Positions 9,668-19,313 of a DNA stretch of 64,000 bases are shown here, piece after piece. A program made the translations under genes and the position numbers. The stretch's first letter is position 1, and each line of letters begins with the position of its first letter. The stretch is taken from the NCBI GenBank assembly GCA_021812945.1, contig JAKAMI010000001.1:3637-67636 (forward strand), given 5' to 3'. The notes below the pieces were generated by a model. It did no database searches. It saw only the letters and a list, made by a program, of their open reading frames with translations, and was not told the origin of the DNA. The stretch comes from a bacterium (GTDB lineage: Bacteria; Patescibacteriota; UBA1384; XYA2-FULL-43-10; JAKAMI01).

Positions 9668-10507
9668 TTACTTTTCTTTCTTTAGGTTGCTTCGGAAATG
9701 TCTCGCAAGCTGCGACCTTAGCTCCTCGGAATCTAGTTTTCTTTGGAGTCGGCCTTCAATCGCTAGCGACATGGTCCCGGTTTCTTCCGAGATAACGATG
9801 ATAATGGCGTCTGAGAGCTCGGAAAGGGTCACAGCAGCTTTATGCCGCGTGCCCAGGCCCATATTTTCCAGAGAATCGCCGATAGGCAAAGTGCAACCGG
9901 CGGAGATGATCTGATTGCCGACGATAATGGTTGCTCCGTCGTGAAGCGGTGATTTCGGAAAAAATATCGAAAGCAATAACTCCGCCGAAACTTTCGCCTC
10001 CAAACTGACACCACTTGAAATATACTCTCCCAGAGCCGTTTTTCTCTGGATGACAATGAGAGCGCCGATTTTCTGGTCTGACAAAACTTCGGAGGCAGTC
10101 ACTAGTTCGTTGATTAGTTTTGTCTGTCCGGATCTGGATAATGATGATAGATCGGACAAAAACTTGGCGCGGCCAAGCCGTTCCAGAACCGCCCGAAGTT
10201 CCGGCTGAAAAACTATCGGAATAGCTACGACCAGCATAGTCATAAGATATTTTAGAATCCAGTTGAGTAGTACCAAATCCAGAACCCGGCCGATAATAGC
10301 CAAAATACCCAAAAATAAGAAACCATAGAGAATCCGCATGGCCCGGGTTTCTTTGAGGAATACATAGATCCAGTATATGAAAACCGCTACGATAAGGATG
10401 TCGAGAATCATAAAAGGCGTTATGGCCATCGACAAACTATCCCAGAAATAACTGGCCTTATCAAACGAACCGAGTACTTGTCCAATCTCAACCATTACCC
10501 TCCACAT
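9668..10507 (-). CDS. cdaA: Diadenylate cyclase CdaA/DacA
   Basis: 3 TM helices, FQPELR, PLHDGA and GTRHKAA motifs, VISEETG. Confidence 0.95.
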   Translation of the reverse strand: MWRVMVEIGQVLGSFDKASYFWDSLSMAITPFMILDILIVAVFIYWIYVFLKETRAMRILYGFLFLGILAIIGRVLDLVLLNWILKYLMTMLVVAIPIVFQPELRAVLERLGRAKFLSDLSSLSRSGQTKLINELVTASEVLSDQKIGALIVIQRKTALGEYISSGVSLEAKVSAELLLSIFFPKSPLHDGATIIVGNQIISAGCTLPIGDSLENMGLGTRHKAAVTLSELSDAIIIVISEETGTMSLAIEGRLQRKLDSEELRSQLARHFRSNLKKEK

Positions 10508-10712
10508 GATACTCTTGACCTCAAGACTAGTTCTATTTTAGCAAAACGAGTAGCATAAGCAAACTTTTCCAGGGAAATTTCAATAACCAAGACACAATAA
10601 CCAAAACTAGCTTGATTTAATTTTGTTTGAAACAAAAAAATGAGAGACGAATGAGTAGGCTGGCTAGGGCGGCCGGGAGCGCAGACAAAATCCTTAAGAC
10701 GTTAGAGTTAAA

Positions 10713-12590
10713 CTACTCCACAGTCCTTTTGATTTCGTCAATTCGATAAGCGATGAGTTCATCGTCTTTGAGCACGTCGATCATTCCGGCTACCGAGACG
10801 CCGGTTTCGCTGCCGCTTTTGGCCTCAACCACCTCGTCTTTGCCGGATCGAAGAGTCTCTATCTTGCCGCTATAAACTTCTTTTTCTCCGCGCATTATTT
10901 TGATGAGGTCGTTTCGCTTTAGTTCGCCCGACTCGATCATCCCGCCAAAAATGGTGATTTTTCGGTCGAATCGGAAAGTCGCCAAGACTTTGAGCTTGCC
11001 GGTTTCGACAATTCGTCTTTCGGGCGGCAGTATCTCCGACATCCGGGCTTTAACGTCGTCAATAAGATCATATATGACATCGTATGACTTTATCATAACT
11101 TTTTCGAGTTCGGCCAAGCGCTTGGCGGCACCCATTACGGATACACGAAATGCTAAAAGTAACGCTTTTGAGGTTGAGGCCATATTTACGTCCGACTCGG
11201 AAACTGCCCCGATCCCTTCGTGAACTATTTGAAGTTTCAGTTCGGGATGGCTGATAGCGTTCAAGGTTTGCTTGATGGCTTCCAACGAGCCTTTGACGTC
11301 GGCTTTAACCACCAAATTGAATTCATAAACTTTCACGTTTCCTTCACTTTCGCTTGAAACAATCTTTTTGGCTGAGACAAAATCACTGGCCGCTTGTTCG
11401 CGGTATTTTTCGGCTTGATCCTTGGCTTCTTTTTCGGATTTAACCACCAAAAGTCGATCTCCGAATGTCGGTAAACCGTTTAGTCCCGCCATTCGAACCG
11501 AGGTACTTGGCTTAGCTTCCGCAATCGGCCGATCTAATGTATCCGTTAGTATTCGAACCTTACCCCAGTATTTTCCCACAACCACCGACTGACCCTTGCG
11601 GAGCGTACCGTTTTCCACCAGCAAGATCGCCAGCGGTCCTGAGCCTTTATGCATGTGGGACTCGATAACTACGCCGGTGGCTTGCTCGGTTTCGTCGGCC
11701 TGATAATTCTTCAGATCGGCAAAGAGAGCGATGGATTCCAAGAGTTTATCTATCCCCTGTCCGGTCTTGGCCGAGACTTCGACCACTATAGTCTCTCCGC
11801 CCCACTCTTCGGAGGTTAGACCGTGTTCTACGAGTTGCTGTTTAACTTTATTGATATCGGCGCCCGGCTTGTCGACCTTATTGACCGCGACGATGATTGG
11901 AACATTGTTGCTCTTGGCTTGTTCGATAACTTCGACGGTTTGCGGCATGACCCCGTCGTCCGCCGCCACGATAAGGACTACCATATCGGTGATGGCGGTA
12001 CCGTGAGAGCGCATGGTGGTGAAAGCGGCGTGGCCGGGGGTGTCGATGAAGGTAATTTGCCTTTTTTCGTTTTTCTTTAGAGTTACTTCGACCTGAAAGG
12101 CGGAGATGTGTTGGGTGATCCCGCCGGATTCCCCCGCCACCACGTTGGCCCGGCGGATTTTGTCGAGTAGCGAGGTTTTGCCGTGATCGACGTGCCCCAT
12201 TATGGCCACGACCGGTGGTCGGGTGGTTAGTTTCTTGCCGGTTACTTCAATTTTTTGCTGGGCAATATTGGTTTTCTCTTCCTTTTTTTCGACGATCTCA
12301 AAGCCTAGGTCATCACCGATGATCTGGGCGGTCAGAAAATCGATGTTTTCATTTATATTGGCTAGGACTCCGTTTTTCATCAATGCTGAGATAATCGAAG
12401 TTACTGGAAGCGCCATGATATCAGAGAGATCTTTGACCGAAACAACCGCCGGAACTTCTATTTGCTTTTTGACTTTTTTAGGCGCCTCAACCGTCGTTTG
12501 CGTATCAGAAAACCGGCTGACCTGCCCCTCTTGCTTCTTGATCGCCGACGCTTCCTTTTTACTCAGTTTTCGTTTTTGAAACCTTGCCAT
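10713..12590 (-). CDS. infB: Translation initiation factor IF-2
   Basis: RPPVVAIMGHVDHGKTSLLD, GGITQHI, DTPGHAAF, KADVKGSLEAI. Confidence 0.98.
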   Translation of the reverse strand: MARFQKRKLSKKEASAIKKQEGQVSRFSDTQTTVEAPKKVKKQIEVPAVVSVKDLSDIMALPVTSIISALMKNGVLANINENIDFLTAQIIGDDLGFEIVEKKEEKTNIAQQKIEVTGKKLTTRPPVVAIMGHVDHGKTSLLDKIRRANVVAGESGGITQHISAFQVEVTLKKNEKRQITFIDTPGHAAFTTMRSHGTAITDMVVLIVAADDGVMPQTVEVIEQAKSNNVPIIVAVNKVDKPGADINKVKQQLVEHGLTSEEWGGETIVVEVSAKTGQGIDKLLESIALFADLKNYQADETEQATGVVIESHMHKGSGPLAILLVENGTLRKGQSVVVGKYWGKVRILTDTLDRPIAEAKPSTSVRMAGLNGLPTFGDRLLVVKSEKEAKDQAEKYREQAASDFVSAKKIVSSESEGNVKVYEFNLVVKADVKGSLEAIKQTLNAISHPELKLQIVHEGIGAVSESDVNMASTSKALLLAFRVSVMGAAKRLAELEKVMIKSYDVIYDLIDDVKARMSEILPPERRIVETGKLKVLATFRFDRKITIFGGMIESGELKRNDLIKIMRGEKEVYSGKIETLRSGKDEVVEAKSGSETGVSVAGMIDVLKDDELIAYRIDEIKRTVE

Positions 12591-12641
12591 AACTTACACA
12601 AATCTTATTCACAAATATCGCACAAATCAAAGACTGAAACA

Positions 12642-12717
12642 GCGACCTCTACAGATCAACTCCACCGATAAATCACTGATCCTGTCCCGATCTGTGGAAT
12701 TAATCTGTGGCGGTCAC
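12642..12717. repeat. Family A palindromic element upstream of infB
   Basis: GCGACCTCTACAGATCAACTCCACCGAT...ATCTGTGGAATTAATCTGTGGCGGTCAC. Confidence 0.8.
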
Positions 12718-12808
12718 CATCCATATACTGATTAGAAGCATAGCACAAACCCCCCGTAGCTACAAGCTGGGGCAAAAACTTTCATCTTAGAGTACATCTA
12801 GGGTAATT

Positions 12809-12843
12809 GACTGATGACTGATGACTGATGACTGATGACTGAT
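12809..12843. repeat. Tandem heptamer (GACTGAT)x5 followed by degenerate units
   Basis: Direct reading. Confidence 0.9.
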
Positions 12844-12872
12844 GACTTTAGAACTTTCTACTTTTAGGACAT

Positions 12873-12908
12873 GAGATTGCCACGTCGATGACTCCTCGCA
12901 ATGACGAA
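12873..12908. repeat. Family B-related element GAGATTGCCACGTCGATGACTCCTCGCAATGACGAA
   Basis: 35/36 identical to 54085-54120. Confidence 0.9.
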
Positions 12909-12916
12909 GGGAGGGG

Positions 12917-15900
12917 CTATTGTTTTCCCCAATAGTTGGGTTCGTCGAAGAGTTTTTTGGAGGGTTGCTTTGGGGCGGGTTTCTTCTCCTCCTCAACATC
13001 TGCTTTGACTTTAGGATTATAAGTATTTACTTTAAAAATTGAAGGTTGGTTGAGATTCTCAGGCCAGGTCTTACCTTCTTCAGTATCGTCGACTTTATCG
13101 GGCTCAATAATGTCGGCCGGAGTTGTTTCCGATTCGACTGGTTTTGGGGGTTCTTTGTAAGTATTTATTTTGATCTCCGGACTTAGTTTTGGTTCGTTTT
13201 GTTCTTCTGGTTCATCGGTCTGGATTCCTGCCTTCGCAGGAATGACAGAGGGAGAGGCAGAAATGACAGTAGGGGTGGGTTTAGTCGGAATCGGTTTTGC
13301 TTTTAGTTTGGTGTCAGATATCGTCTTTTTGACTAAATCGATTGTTTCCGATTTTTGTTTCGCGACTGGTTCGGATTTTGAAGATTCGGACTGGATTCCT
13401 GCCTCCGCAGGAATGACAGGGTGAGAAGCGGAAATGACAGATGGGGAGGCAGTAATGACAGAAGAAGGGGAATCAACCTTTTTCGTTTTGGGTTTGGCCT
13501 CAATATCGGCCGGTTTGTCATGAGATGTTTTGGGCGGATTGCCTTTCGGGGGCTTGACCTCGCAAACTTGGTCTTCGGGTTTTTCTTCTTCCGGACGGAT
13601 GATGGTGACGGAAGAAACTCGGTCGTCGGTCAGGCGCATCAGAGTCACTCCCTGGGTGTCGCGTCCGAGCCGTTTGATAGTGGAGAGTTTCATCCGGATA
13701 ACTTGGCCGTTTCTGGAGGCTAGAACCACATCACCCAAGTCGTCGTGGATTATGTGCATACCGATAAGATTGCCGGTTTTCGTTGTGCAGTTAGCGGCCT
13801 TGATCCCGACCCCGCCGCGTTTTTGCAGGTGGAAATGCTTGAGCATAGTTCGCTTGCCGTAACCGTTTTCCAGAACCACCAGCATATCAGGAAAGCCGGA
13901 TTTTGGCGCATAGTCGGTAAATGGCGACAGAGCTTTCTCGACTACATCGACCCCCATGACAAAGTCGCCCGGCCGCAGGTTGATGCCGCGGACTCCGGCC
14001 GCCGACCGGCCCATAGCTCGAACATCGGTCTCCGGGTAGCAAATAGCTTGACCCTTGGAGCTGACTTGGACTATGACCGAGTCGCCTTCGGTCAGTTTGA
14101 CCCATTTGAGCTCGTCGGCTTTGTTGAGTTTGATAGCGATAATGCCGGACTTTCGAACGTTTTTATAGGCTAGGACTTGAGTTTTCTTGACCACGCCCTT
14201 TTGGGTCGCCATAAAGAAATACTTTGACTCGTCCAGTGCATTTTTCTTGACCATCAAAAGTGTGGTGACTTTCTCGTTCGGCGCCAGCTGGATAATGTTG
14301 ACCAAAGCCACACCTTTGGCCTGGCGTCCCGAAGCCGGAATCTCGTAGACCTTGGTTCTGAACAATCGCCCCTGATTGGTGAAGAACATCACGTCGTCGT
14401 GAGTCGAAACGCACAGCAGATGCTCGACGGCGTCTTCTTCCTTGGTCGTCATCCCGGTCACGCCCTTGCCGCCGCGAACTTGAGAACGATAAGTGTCGAC
14501 CGGTAAACGTTTAATGTAGCCGCCGGTGGTCAGGGTGACGATGACCTGTTCGTCCGGAATCAAGTCCTCGGCGGTGAATTTGCCGATGGCTTGCTCGACG
14601 ACTTGGGTCCGACGCTTATCGCCGTATTTGGTCTTGATCTCGTTTATTTCGGTTTTAATCAGAGCCAATATTTTGGCTGGATTGTTGAGTAGATCTTCCA
14701 GATAAGCGATCAGCTTGAGTTTTTCTTGGTACTCATCCTCGACCTTTTGCCGCTCTAAGCCGGCCAAAGCCGAGAGTCTCATCTCTAAGATGGCCGAGGC
14801 TTGTTTGCCTGAAAGACCGAAACGAGCCATCAAGTTCTTGTGGGCCGTTTCTTTGGTGGTTGATTTCTTGATGGTCTCGATAATCTCTTCGATGTGGTCA
14901 AGAGCGATCTTCAAGCCTTCGAGAATATGAGCCCGATCCTTGGCTTTCAAAAGATCATACTTTGTACGACGAGTTATGACAACTTGTCGATGGGCAATGA
15001 AAAAGCTAATGATCTCCGGCAGACTCATAAGTTGCGGCTCAAGAGAGGGTGTCAGCGCTAGCATATTGACATGAAAAGCCGTTTGCATCTGAGTCAGCTC
15101 GTAAAGCCGGTTTAGGATTTTGTTGGGATAAGCGTTGGCTTTTATTTCGATGACTACTCGGACACCGTTGCGGTCGGACTCGTCGCGAATATCGTAAATG
15201 CCCTCCAGTTTTTTCTCTTGAACCAGGTCGGCAATCTTAGAGATAAGAGTGGATTTATTGACTTGGTAAGGAATCTCGGTGATAACGATGCGAAAGCCCC
15301 GTTTTTGCTCCTCGATCTCGGCTTTGGCGCGGATAACCACCTTGCCCTTGCCGGTAGCATAGGCCTGTTTTATCTCGCTGATGTCATAAATGATACCGCC
15401 GGTCGGAAAATCAGGTCCTTTGACAAACTCCATCAAGTCTTCGACTGTGGCTTCGGGGTTATCTATTTGATAATTTATCGCGTCGCAAACTTCGGTCAGA
15501 TTATGAGGAGGGATATTGGTCGCCATGCCGACAGCGATACCCATGGAACCGTTGAGCAAAAGTTGAGGCACTTTGGCCGGCAAAACTTTCGGTTCTTTCT
15601 TGGTCGAGTCGTAGTTGTCCTGCCAGTCAACCGTGTCTTTGTCAAGGTCAAAGAGCATCTCTTCGGCCATCTTGGTCATGCGGGCTTCGGTGTATCGCAT
15701 AGCGGCGGCCGAGTCTCCGTCCATAGAACCGAAGTTGCCTTGGCCGTCAACCATCTGGTAACGCATCGAGAAATCTTGAGCCATCCGGACCAAAGTATCG
15801 TAAATGGCCATGTCGCCGTGCGGGTGGTAGTTTCCCATAACTTCACCGACAATGGTGGCGGATTTTCTGTATTTGACGTTTGACCTTAACCCCAGATTAC

Positions 15901-16186
15901 CCATAGCAAAAAGCACCCGGCGGTGGACCGGCTTCAAGCCGTCTCGAACATCGGGCAGGGCGCGCGAGACAATAATGCTCATAGCGTAGTCAAGGTAGGA
16001 CTCTTGCATCTCTCGGACTATGCCGCGGGATTTGATAGTGCCGATGTTGGGGTCGATGATGATCTGATTTTCTTCCACTAAAATAGGTTCCTCGACAATT
16101 TCCGGCAAGGTCTCGTTGTTTTCATCGACCACCGTCTCTTCCGGCTCGATTGGTTCGTTTTCAGTTGTTTGCTTTTCGTCAGCCAT
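12917..16186 (-). CDS. gyrA: DNA gyrase subunit A with acidic N-terminal extension and long low-complexity C-terminal tail
   Basis: SYLDYAMSIIVSRALPDVRDGLKPVHRR, YHPHGD, AAAMRYTE, GyrA box QVRGGKG. Confidence 0.98.
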   Translation of the reverse strand: MADEKQTTENEPIEPEETVVDENNETLPEIVEEPILVEENQIIIDPNIGTIKSRGIVREMQESYLDYAMSIIVSRALPDVRDGLKPVHRRVLFAMGNLGLRSNVKYRKSATIVGEVMGNYHPHGDMAIYDTLVRMAQDFSMRYQMVDGQGNFGSMDGDSAAAMRYTEARMTKMAEEMLFDLDKDTVDWQDNYDSTKKEPKVLPAKVPQLLLNGSMGIAVGMATNIPPHNLTEVCDAINYQIDNPEATVEDLMEFVKGPDFPTGGIIYDISEIKQAYATGKGKVVIRAKAEIEEQKRGFRIVITEIPYQVNKSTLISKIADLVQEKKLEGIYDIRDESDRNGVRVVIEIKANAYPNKILNRLYELTQMQTAFHVNMLALTPSLEPQLMSLPEIISFFIAHRQVVITRRTKYDLLKAKDRAHILEGLKIALDHIEEIIETIKKSTTKETAHKNLMARFGLSGKQASAILEMRLSALAGLERQKVEDEYQEKLKLIAYLEDLLNNPAKILALIKTEINEIKTKYGDKRRTQVVEQAIGKFTAEDLIPDEQVIVTLTTGGYIKRLPVDTYRSQVRGGKGVTGMTTKEEDAVEHLLCVSTHDDVMFFTNQGRLFRTKVYEIPASGRQAKGVALVNIIQLAPNEKVTTLLMVKKNALDESKYFFMATQKGVVKKTQVLAYKNVRKSGIIAIKLNKADELKWVKLTEGDSVIVQVSSKGQAICYPETDVRAMGRSAAGVRGINLRPGDFVMGVDVVEKALSPFTDYAPKSGFPDMLVVLENGYGKRTMLKHFHLQKRGGVGIKAANCTTKTGNLIGMHIIHDDLGDVVLASRNGQVIRMKLSTIKRLGRDTQGVTLMRLTDDRVSSVTIIRPEEEKPEDQVCEVKPPKGNPPKTSHDKPADIEAKPKTKKVDSPSSVITASPSVISASHPVIPAEAGIQSESSKSEPVAKQKSETIDLVKKTISDTKLKAKPIPTKPTPTVISASPSVIPAKAGIQTDEPEEQNEPKLSPEIKINTYKEPPKPVESETTPADIIEPDKVDDTEEGKTWPENLNQPSIFKVNTYNPKVKADVEEEKKPAPKQPSKKLFDEPNYWGKQ
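13220..13461 (-). repeat. Two family B palindromes (GTCATTCCTGCG.AGGCAGGAATCCAG) with 21-nt stutters, in frame in the GyrA tail
   Basis: 13220-13269 encodes VISASPSVIPAKAGIQ; 13391-13461 encodes VITASPSVISASHPVIPAEAGIQ. Confidence 0.85.
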
Positions 16187-16230
16187 GTTACTACTCGTAA
16201 ATATAGATGATAATAGGGTGCTAAACGTAG

Positions 16231-16307
16231 CTAGACATTGTTAGACATGGGTAGACATCGTCGCGACTATTTCTTTCTATGTCTTGCTACTTCTTTCTAT
16301 GTCTAAC
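16231..16307. repeat. TAGACAT x3 (10-nt period) with inverted ATGTCT units between gyrB and gyrA
   Basis: Direct reading; TTCTTTCTATGTCT duplicated. Confidence 0.65.
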
Positions 16308-16311
16308 GGAT

Positions 16312-18960
16312 CTAGACGTCCAAATTCTTGACCGCCTTGGCATGGGTTTGGATGAAGCGCTTGCGCGGCGGGACTTCGTCGCCCATCAGCATGGTAAATA
16401 TTTCGTCGGCTTTTTCGGCCTCTTCCACCGTCACCTGCAAAAGCACCCGATTGGCCGGATTCATAGTCGTCTGCCAGAGCTGTTCCGGATTCATTTCACC
16501 CAGACCCTTGTAGCGCTGAATACTGATCTTCCCAGGCTTTTTCTTATCCGATTTTGGATCATTGTCTTTTTCTGTGTCTCCCTCGGTTTCTTCAGTTTCT
16601 TCATCAACAATTTCTTCCGGACTTTCGGACTCTTGGACTTCGGACTGTATTTCTTCCGGCTCAAACCCGATTTTCTTTAAATAATCGTCCTTTTCCTGGT
16701 CGTTGTAGCATGGCACCTTTTCTTTGCCGTGGCTAATAATGTAGAGAGGCGGCTGGGCGATATAGATGTGGCCGTTTTCGACAATGTCGGGGAAATTGCG
16801 ATAGAAAAATGTCAAAAGTAGCGTGCGGATGTGAGCGCCGTCAACGTCGGCGTCTGTCATAATGATGATGCGGTGATAGCGAAGTTTCTTGTAGTCAATC
16901 TGGTCGCCGATACCGACTCCGACCGCCACGATTAAGGCTTTGATCTCGTCCGAGGACAACATCCGGTCCAGCCGGGCCCGTTCGACATTTAATATTTTCC
17001 CCCGCAAAGGTAATATAGCTTGAAAATTCCGATCTCGAGCTGATTTGGCACTGTTATGAACAAAAACTCCTGAAGCCAGTGCAAAGTTATGAGTGCTCGG
17101 TACTTCTATATCATAAACATCGATGTTCGTTTTTAATGACTCAATCCGCACCAATTTGAGATTACTGTGATCTATCTCGGATATGTTTGATGAAGTAATA
17201 TCAATATCAAAAGACATTAAACTTGAATCGGTTTTTAAGTCTTTCGCCTGAATAAAAGAACTGTCGCGCAACATGAACTTATGGTCCGGGGTACAAACTA
17301 TTTCTTCCCCATTATCAAGAACTAGTTTAATAACCGAGGCTTTTTTATGAGTCAACCGAGGATTTGTTATTTTTTCAATCCCTATTTTGCCACCTTGCTT
17401 TATCGTGTAACAATAATTTTGTTTCCCTTTTTTGTCTTCCTCAATAAGTTGCTTAAATGATAAATTTCTTCCGTCGGTTAGGGCTACTTTTGCATCACCT
17501 GAAAAACATCCACCGGCACTGTCGCCCTCCACAATATAGATTTCCGATCTGGAGGGATCTTTGCTGGAGCAGTCGGCCAGTTTACCCGGAAGCGTCATAC
17601 CCTCCAAAGCACCCTTGCGGATAATGGTCTCGCGGGCGGCACGAGCGGCGAGTCTGGCTTTGGCCGAAAGCGAACATTTTTCGACTATTCGGCGTCCCTC
17701 CTGTGGATTTTCTTCGAGGTAATAGGCAAAACCCTCGGCGGTGGCCGTCTCGGCGATGGAGCGGACCTCGGCGTTGCCGAGCTTGGCTTTGGTTTGGCCC
17801 TCGAACTGGGGTTCACGGAGTTTGACTGAGATAACGGCGGTTAGACCCTCCCGCACGTCGTCGCCGGAAAGCGCTTCGGAGGCGGATTTGATCCAGCCGT
17901 TTTTCTTGGCATAATCGTTGATAACCCGAGTCAATGCTGAGCGGAAGCCGGTCAGATGAGTCCCGCCGTCGGTGGTGTGAATGTTGTTGGCAAAGGAGTA
18001 AACGTGTTCTTTGAAATCGTCGGTGTAAACTACCGCGATGGTGGTTTGGACATCATCGATAATCTTTTCGTAGTAAAAAGGTTTCTCGTTGATCGGCTGG
18101 CGGTTTTTGGAGAGGCTAACGACGTAAGATTTGATCCCGCCTTCAAAATAAAAATTGTAAATTTTTGGTTTTAGAGACGGCTCTTTGGGCTGGATCGGTC
18201 TCGATTCTTTATTGTCAATATCGTCTTCTTCGATTTTTTCCCCAACAACATCGGTCTCGGTAATCTCTTCCTCGGATTCTATTTGATCGTCAAAATCTTC
18301 TTCTGCCGAATCTGTTACCCCGATCCGCTCGTCGGTTATGGTAATCCAAACTTTTTTCGTTAAATAGGCCTGCTGGCGGAGATGGTCGACGATAGTTTTG
18401 AAAGAAAATCGAATATTTTTGAAAATTTCCGGATCCGGTGAAAAGGTAATGATGGTTCCGGTACCCTCCGCAGTTCCGACCACTTTAATGTCTGAGAGCG
18501 GCTTGCCCTTCTCGTATTCCTGGGCGTAAAGTTTGCCGTCGCGTTTGACCTCGGCTCGAAGTTTGGTCGAAAGCGCATTTACCACTGAGACGCCGACACC
18601 GTGGAGACCGCCGGAGACTTTGTAGCCGCCGTCGCCAAACTTACCTCCGGCGTGGAGGATGGTCAAAACCGTTTCCAGAGCCGATTTGCCAGTCTGGCGC
18701 TGTTTGTCGACCGGAATGCCGCGGCCGTTATCGGTGATGCGTGCCGAACCGTCGGGAAGAAGCGTAACTTCGATCCGATCGCAGTAACCGGCCATCGCCT
18801 CGTCTAGGGAGTTGTCAAAAACTTCCCAGATCAAGTGATGCAGACCTTCCGGACCGGTACCGCCGATATACATTCCCGGACGTTTGCGAACCGGATCAAG
18901 CCCTTCAAGGACAGTGATCTGACTGGCATCGTATGTAGTTTTCTTTTTGTCGTCTGGCAT
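16312..18960 (-). CDS. gyrB: DNA gyrase subunit B containing a mini-intein
   Basis: YDASQITVLEGLDPVRKRPGMYIG, GGLHGVGVSVVNALS, EGDSAGG, MTDADVDGAHI, QRYKGLGEMNPEQLW; start at ATG 18960. Confidence 0.98.
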   Translation of the reverse strand: MPDDKKKTTYDASQITVLEGLDPVRKRPGMYIGGTGPEGLHHLIWEVFDNSLDEAMAGYCDRIEVTLLPDGSARITDNGRGIPVDKQRQTGKSALETVLTILHAGGKFGDGGYKVSGGLHGVGVSVVNALSTKLRAEVKRDGKLYAQEYEKGKPLSDIKVVGTAEGTGTIITFSPDPEIFKNIRFSFKTIVDHLRQQAYLTKKVWITITDERIGVTDSAEEDFDDQIESEEEITETDVVGEKIEEDDIDNKESRPIQPKEPSLKPKIYNFYFEGGIKSYVVSLSKNRQPINEKPFYYEKIIDDVQTTIAVVYTDDFKEHVYSFANNIHTTDGGTHLTGFRSALTRVINDYAKKNGWIKSASEALSGDDVREGLTAVISVKLREPQFEGQTKAKLGNAEVRSIAETATAEGFAYYLEENPQEGRRIVEKCSLSAKARLAARAARETIIRKGALEGMTLPGKLADCSSKDPSRSEIYIVEGDSAGGCFSGDAKVALTDGRNLSFKQLIEEDKKGKQNYCYTIKQGGKIGIEKITNPRLTHKKASVIKLVLDNGEEIVCTPDHKFMLRDSSFIQAKDLKTDSSLMSFDIDITSSNISEIDHSNLKLVRIESLKTNIDVYDIEVPSTHNFALASGVFVHNSAKSARDRNFQAILPLRGKILNVERARLDRMLSSDEIKALIVAVGVGIGDQIDYKKLRYHRIIIMTDADVDGAHIRTLLLTFFYRNFPDIVENGHIYIAQPPLYIISHGKEKVPCYNDQEKDDYLKKIGFEPEEIQSEVQESESPEEIVDEETEETEGDTEKDNDPKSDKKKPGKISIQRYKGLGEMNPEQLWQTTMNPANRVLLQVTVEEAEKADEIFTMLMGDEVPPRKRFIQTHAKAVKNLDV
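17053..17508 (-). mobile_element. 152-aa intein without homing endonuclease in the GyrB TOPRIM motif
   Basis: SAGG|CFSGDAKVALTDG...CTPDHKF...VYDIEVPSTHNFALASGVFVHN|SAK: Cys1, TxxH, His-Asn, Ser+1; AT-richer than flanks. Confidence 0.96.
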
Positions 18961-19013
18961 ATATTGAGATCCTTTCACAAACCTATTGCGCAGATAATAC
19001 CGATTTTGCCTAC

Positions 19014-19050
19014 AAAGACAGTCTTTGCAAATGTGTCTAAAGACTGTCAT
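19014..19050. repeat. Family C REP doublet upstream of gyrB
   Basis: AAAGACAGTCTTT-gcaaatgtgtct-AAAGACTGTCAT. Confidence 0.8.
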
Positions 19051-19313
19051 CACTAGCCATCGGTGTCGGTCGGTACATTACATTATATGTTAGCAATCAA
19101 GTCAAAAAACAATCACATGCTGGTGATTGCCCCTCACTACCCCCATTGTACCGATTATTTTAAATTCGATCAAGTACGGTGGATTATTGGGGATATCATA
19201 AAAAAAATGCCCGCAATCAAAGGATTTCGGTAATATTTTTAACTATCTAACGATAGGATTTAGGTACGGAGTGGGCATATGCCCACTCCGTGGGATGTCA
19301 GGTCGTGTGTTGC

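Noticed and set aside
12787..12999. 70-aa ORF with repeated VISHQSS
   Set aside because: Translation of the GACTGAT tandem repeat and a palindromic element, overlapping the gyrA end
18961..19053. N-terminal extensions in the ORF track for gyrB (also obgE 7034-7075, tsaE 54113-54127, ankyrin, thioredoxin)
   Set aside because: They start within palindromic repeats or upstream of a better start with RBS or family-typical N-terminus
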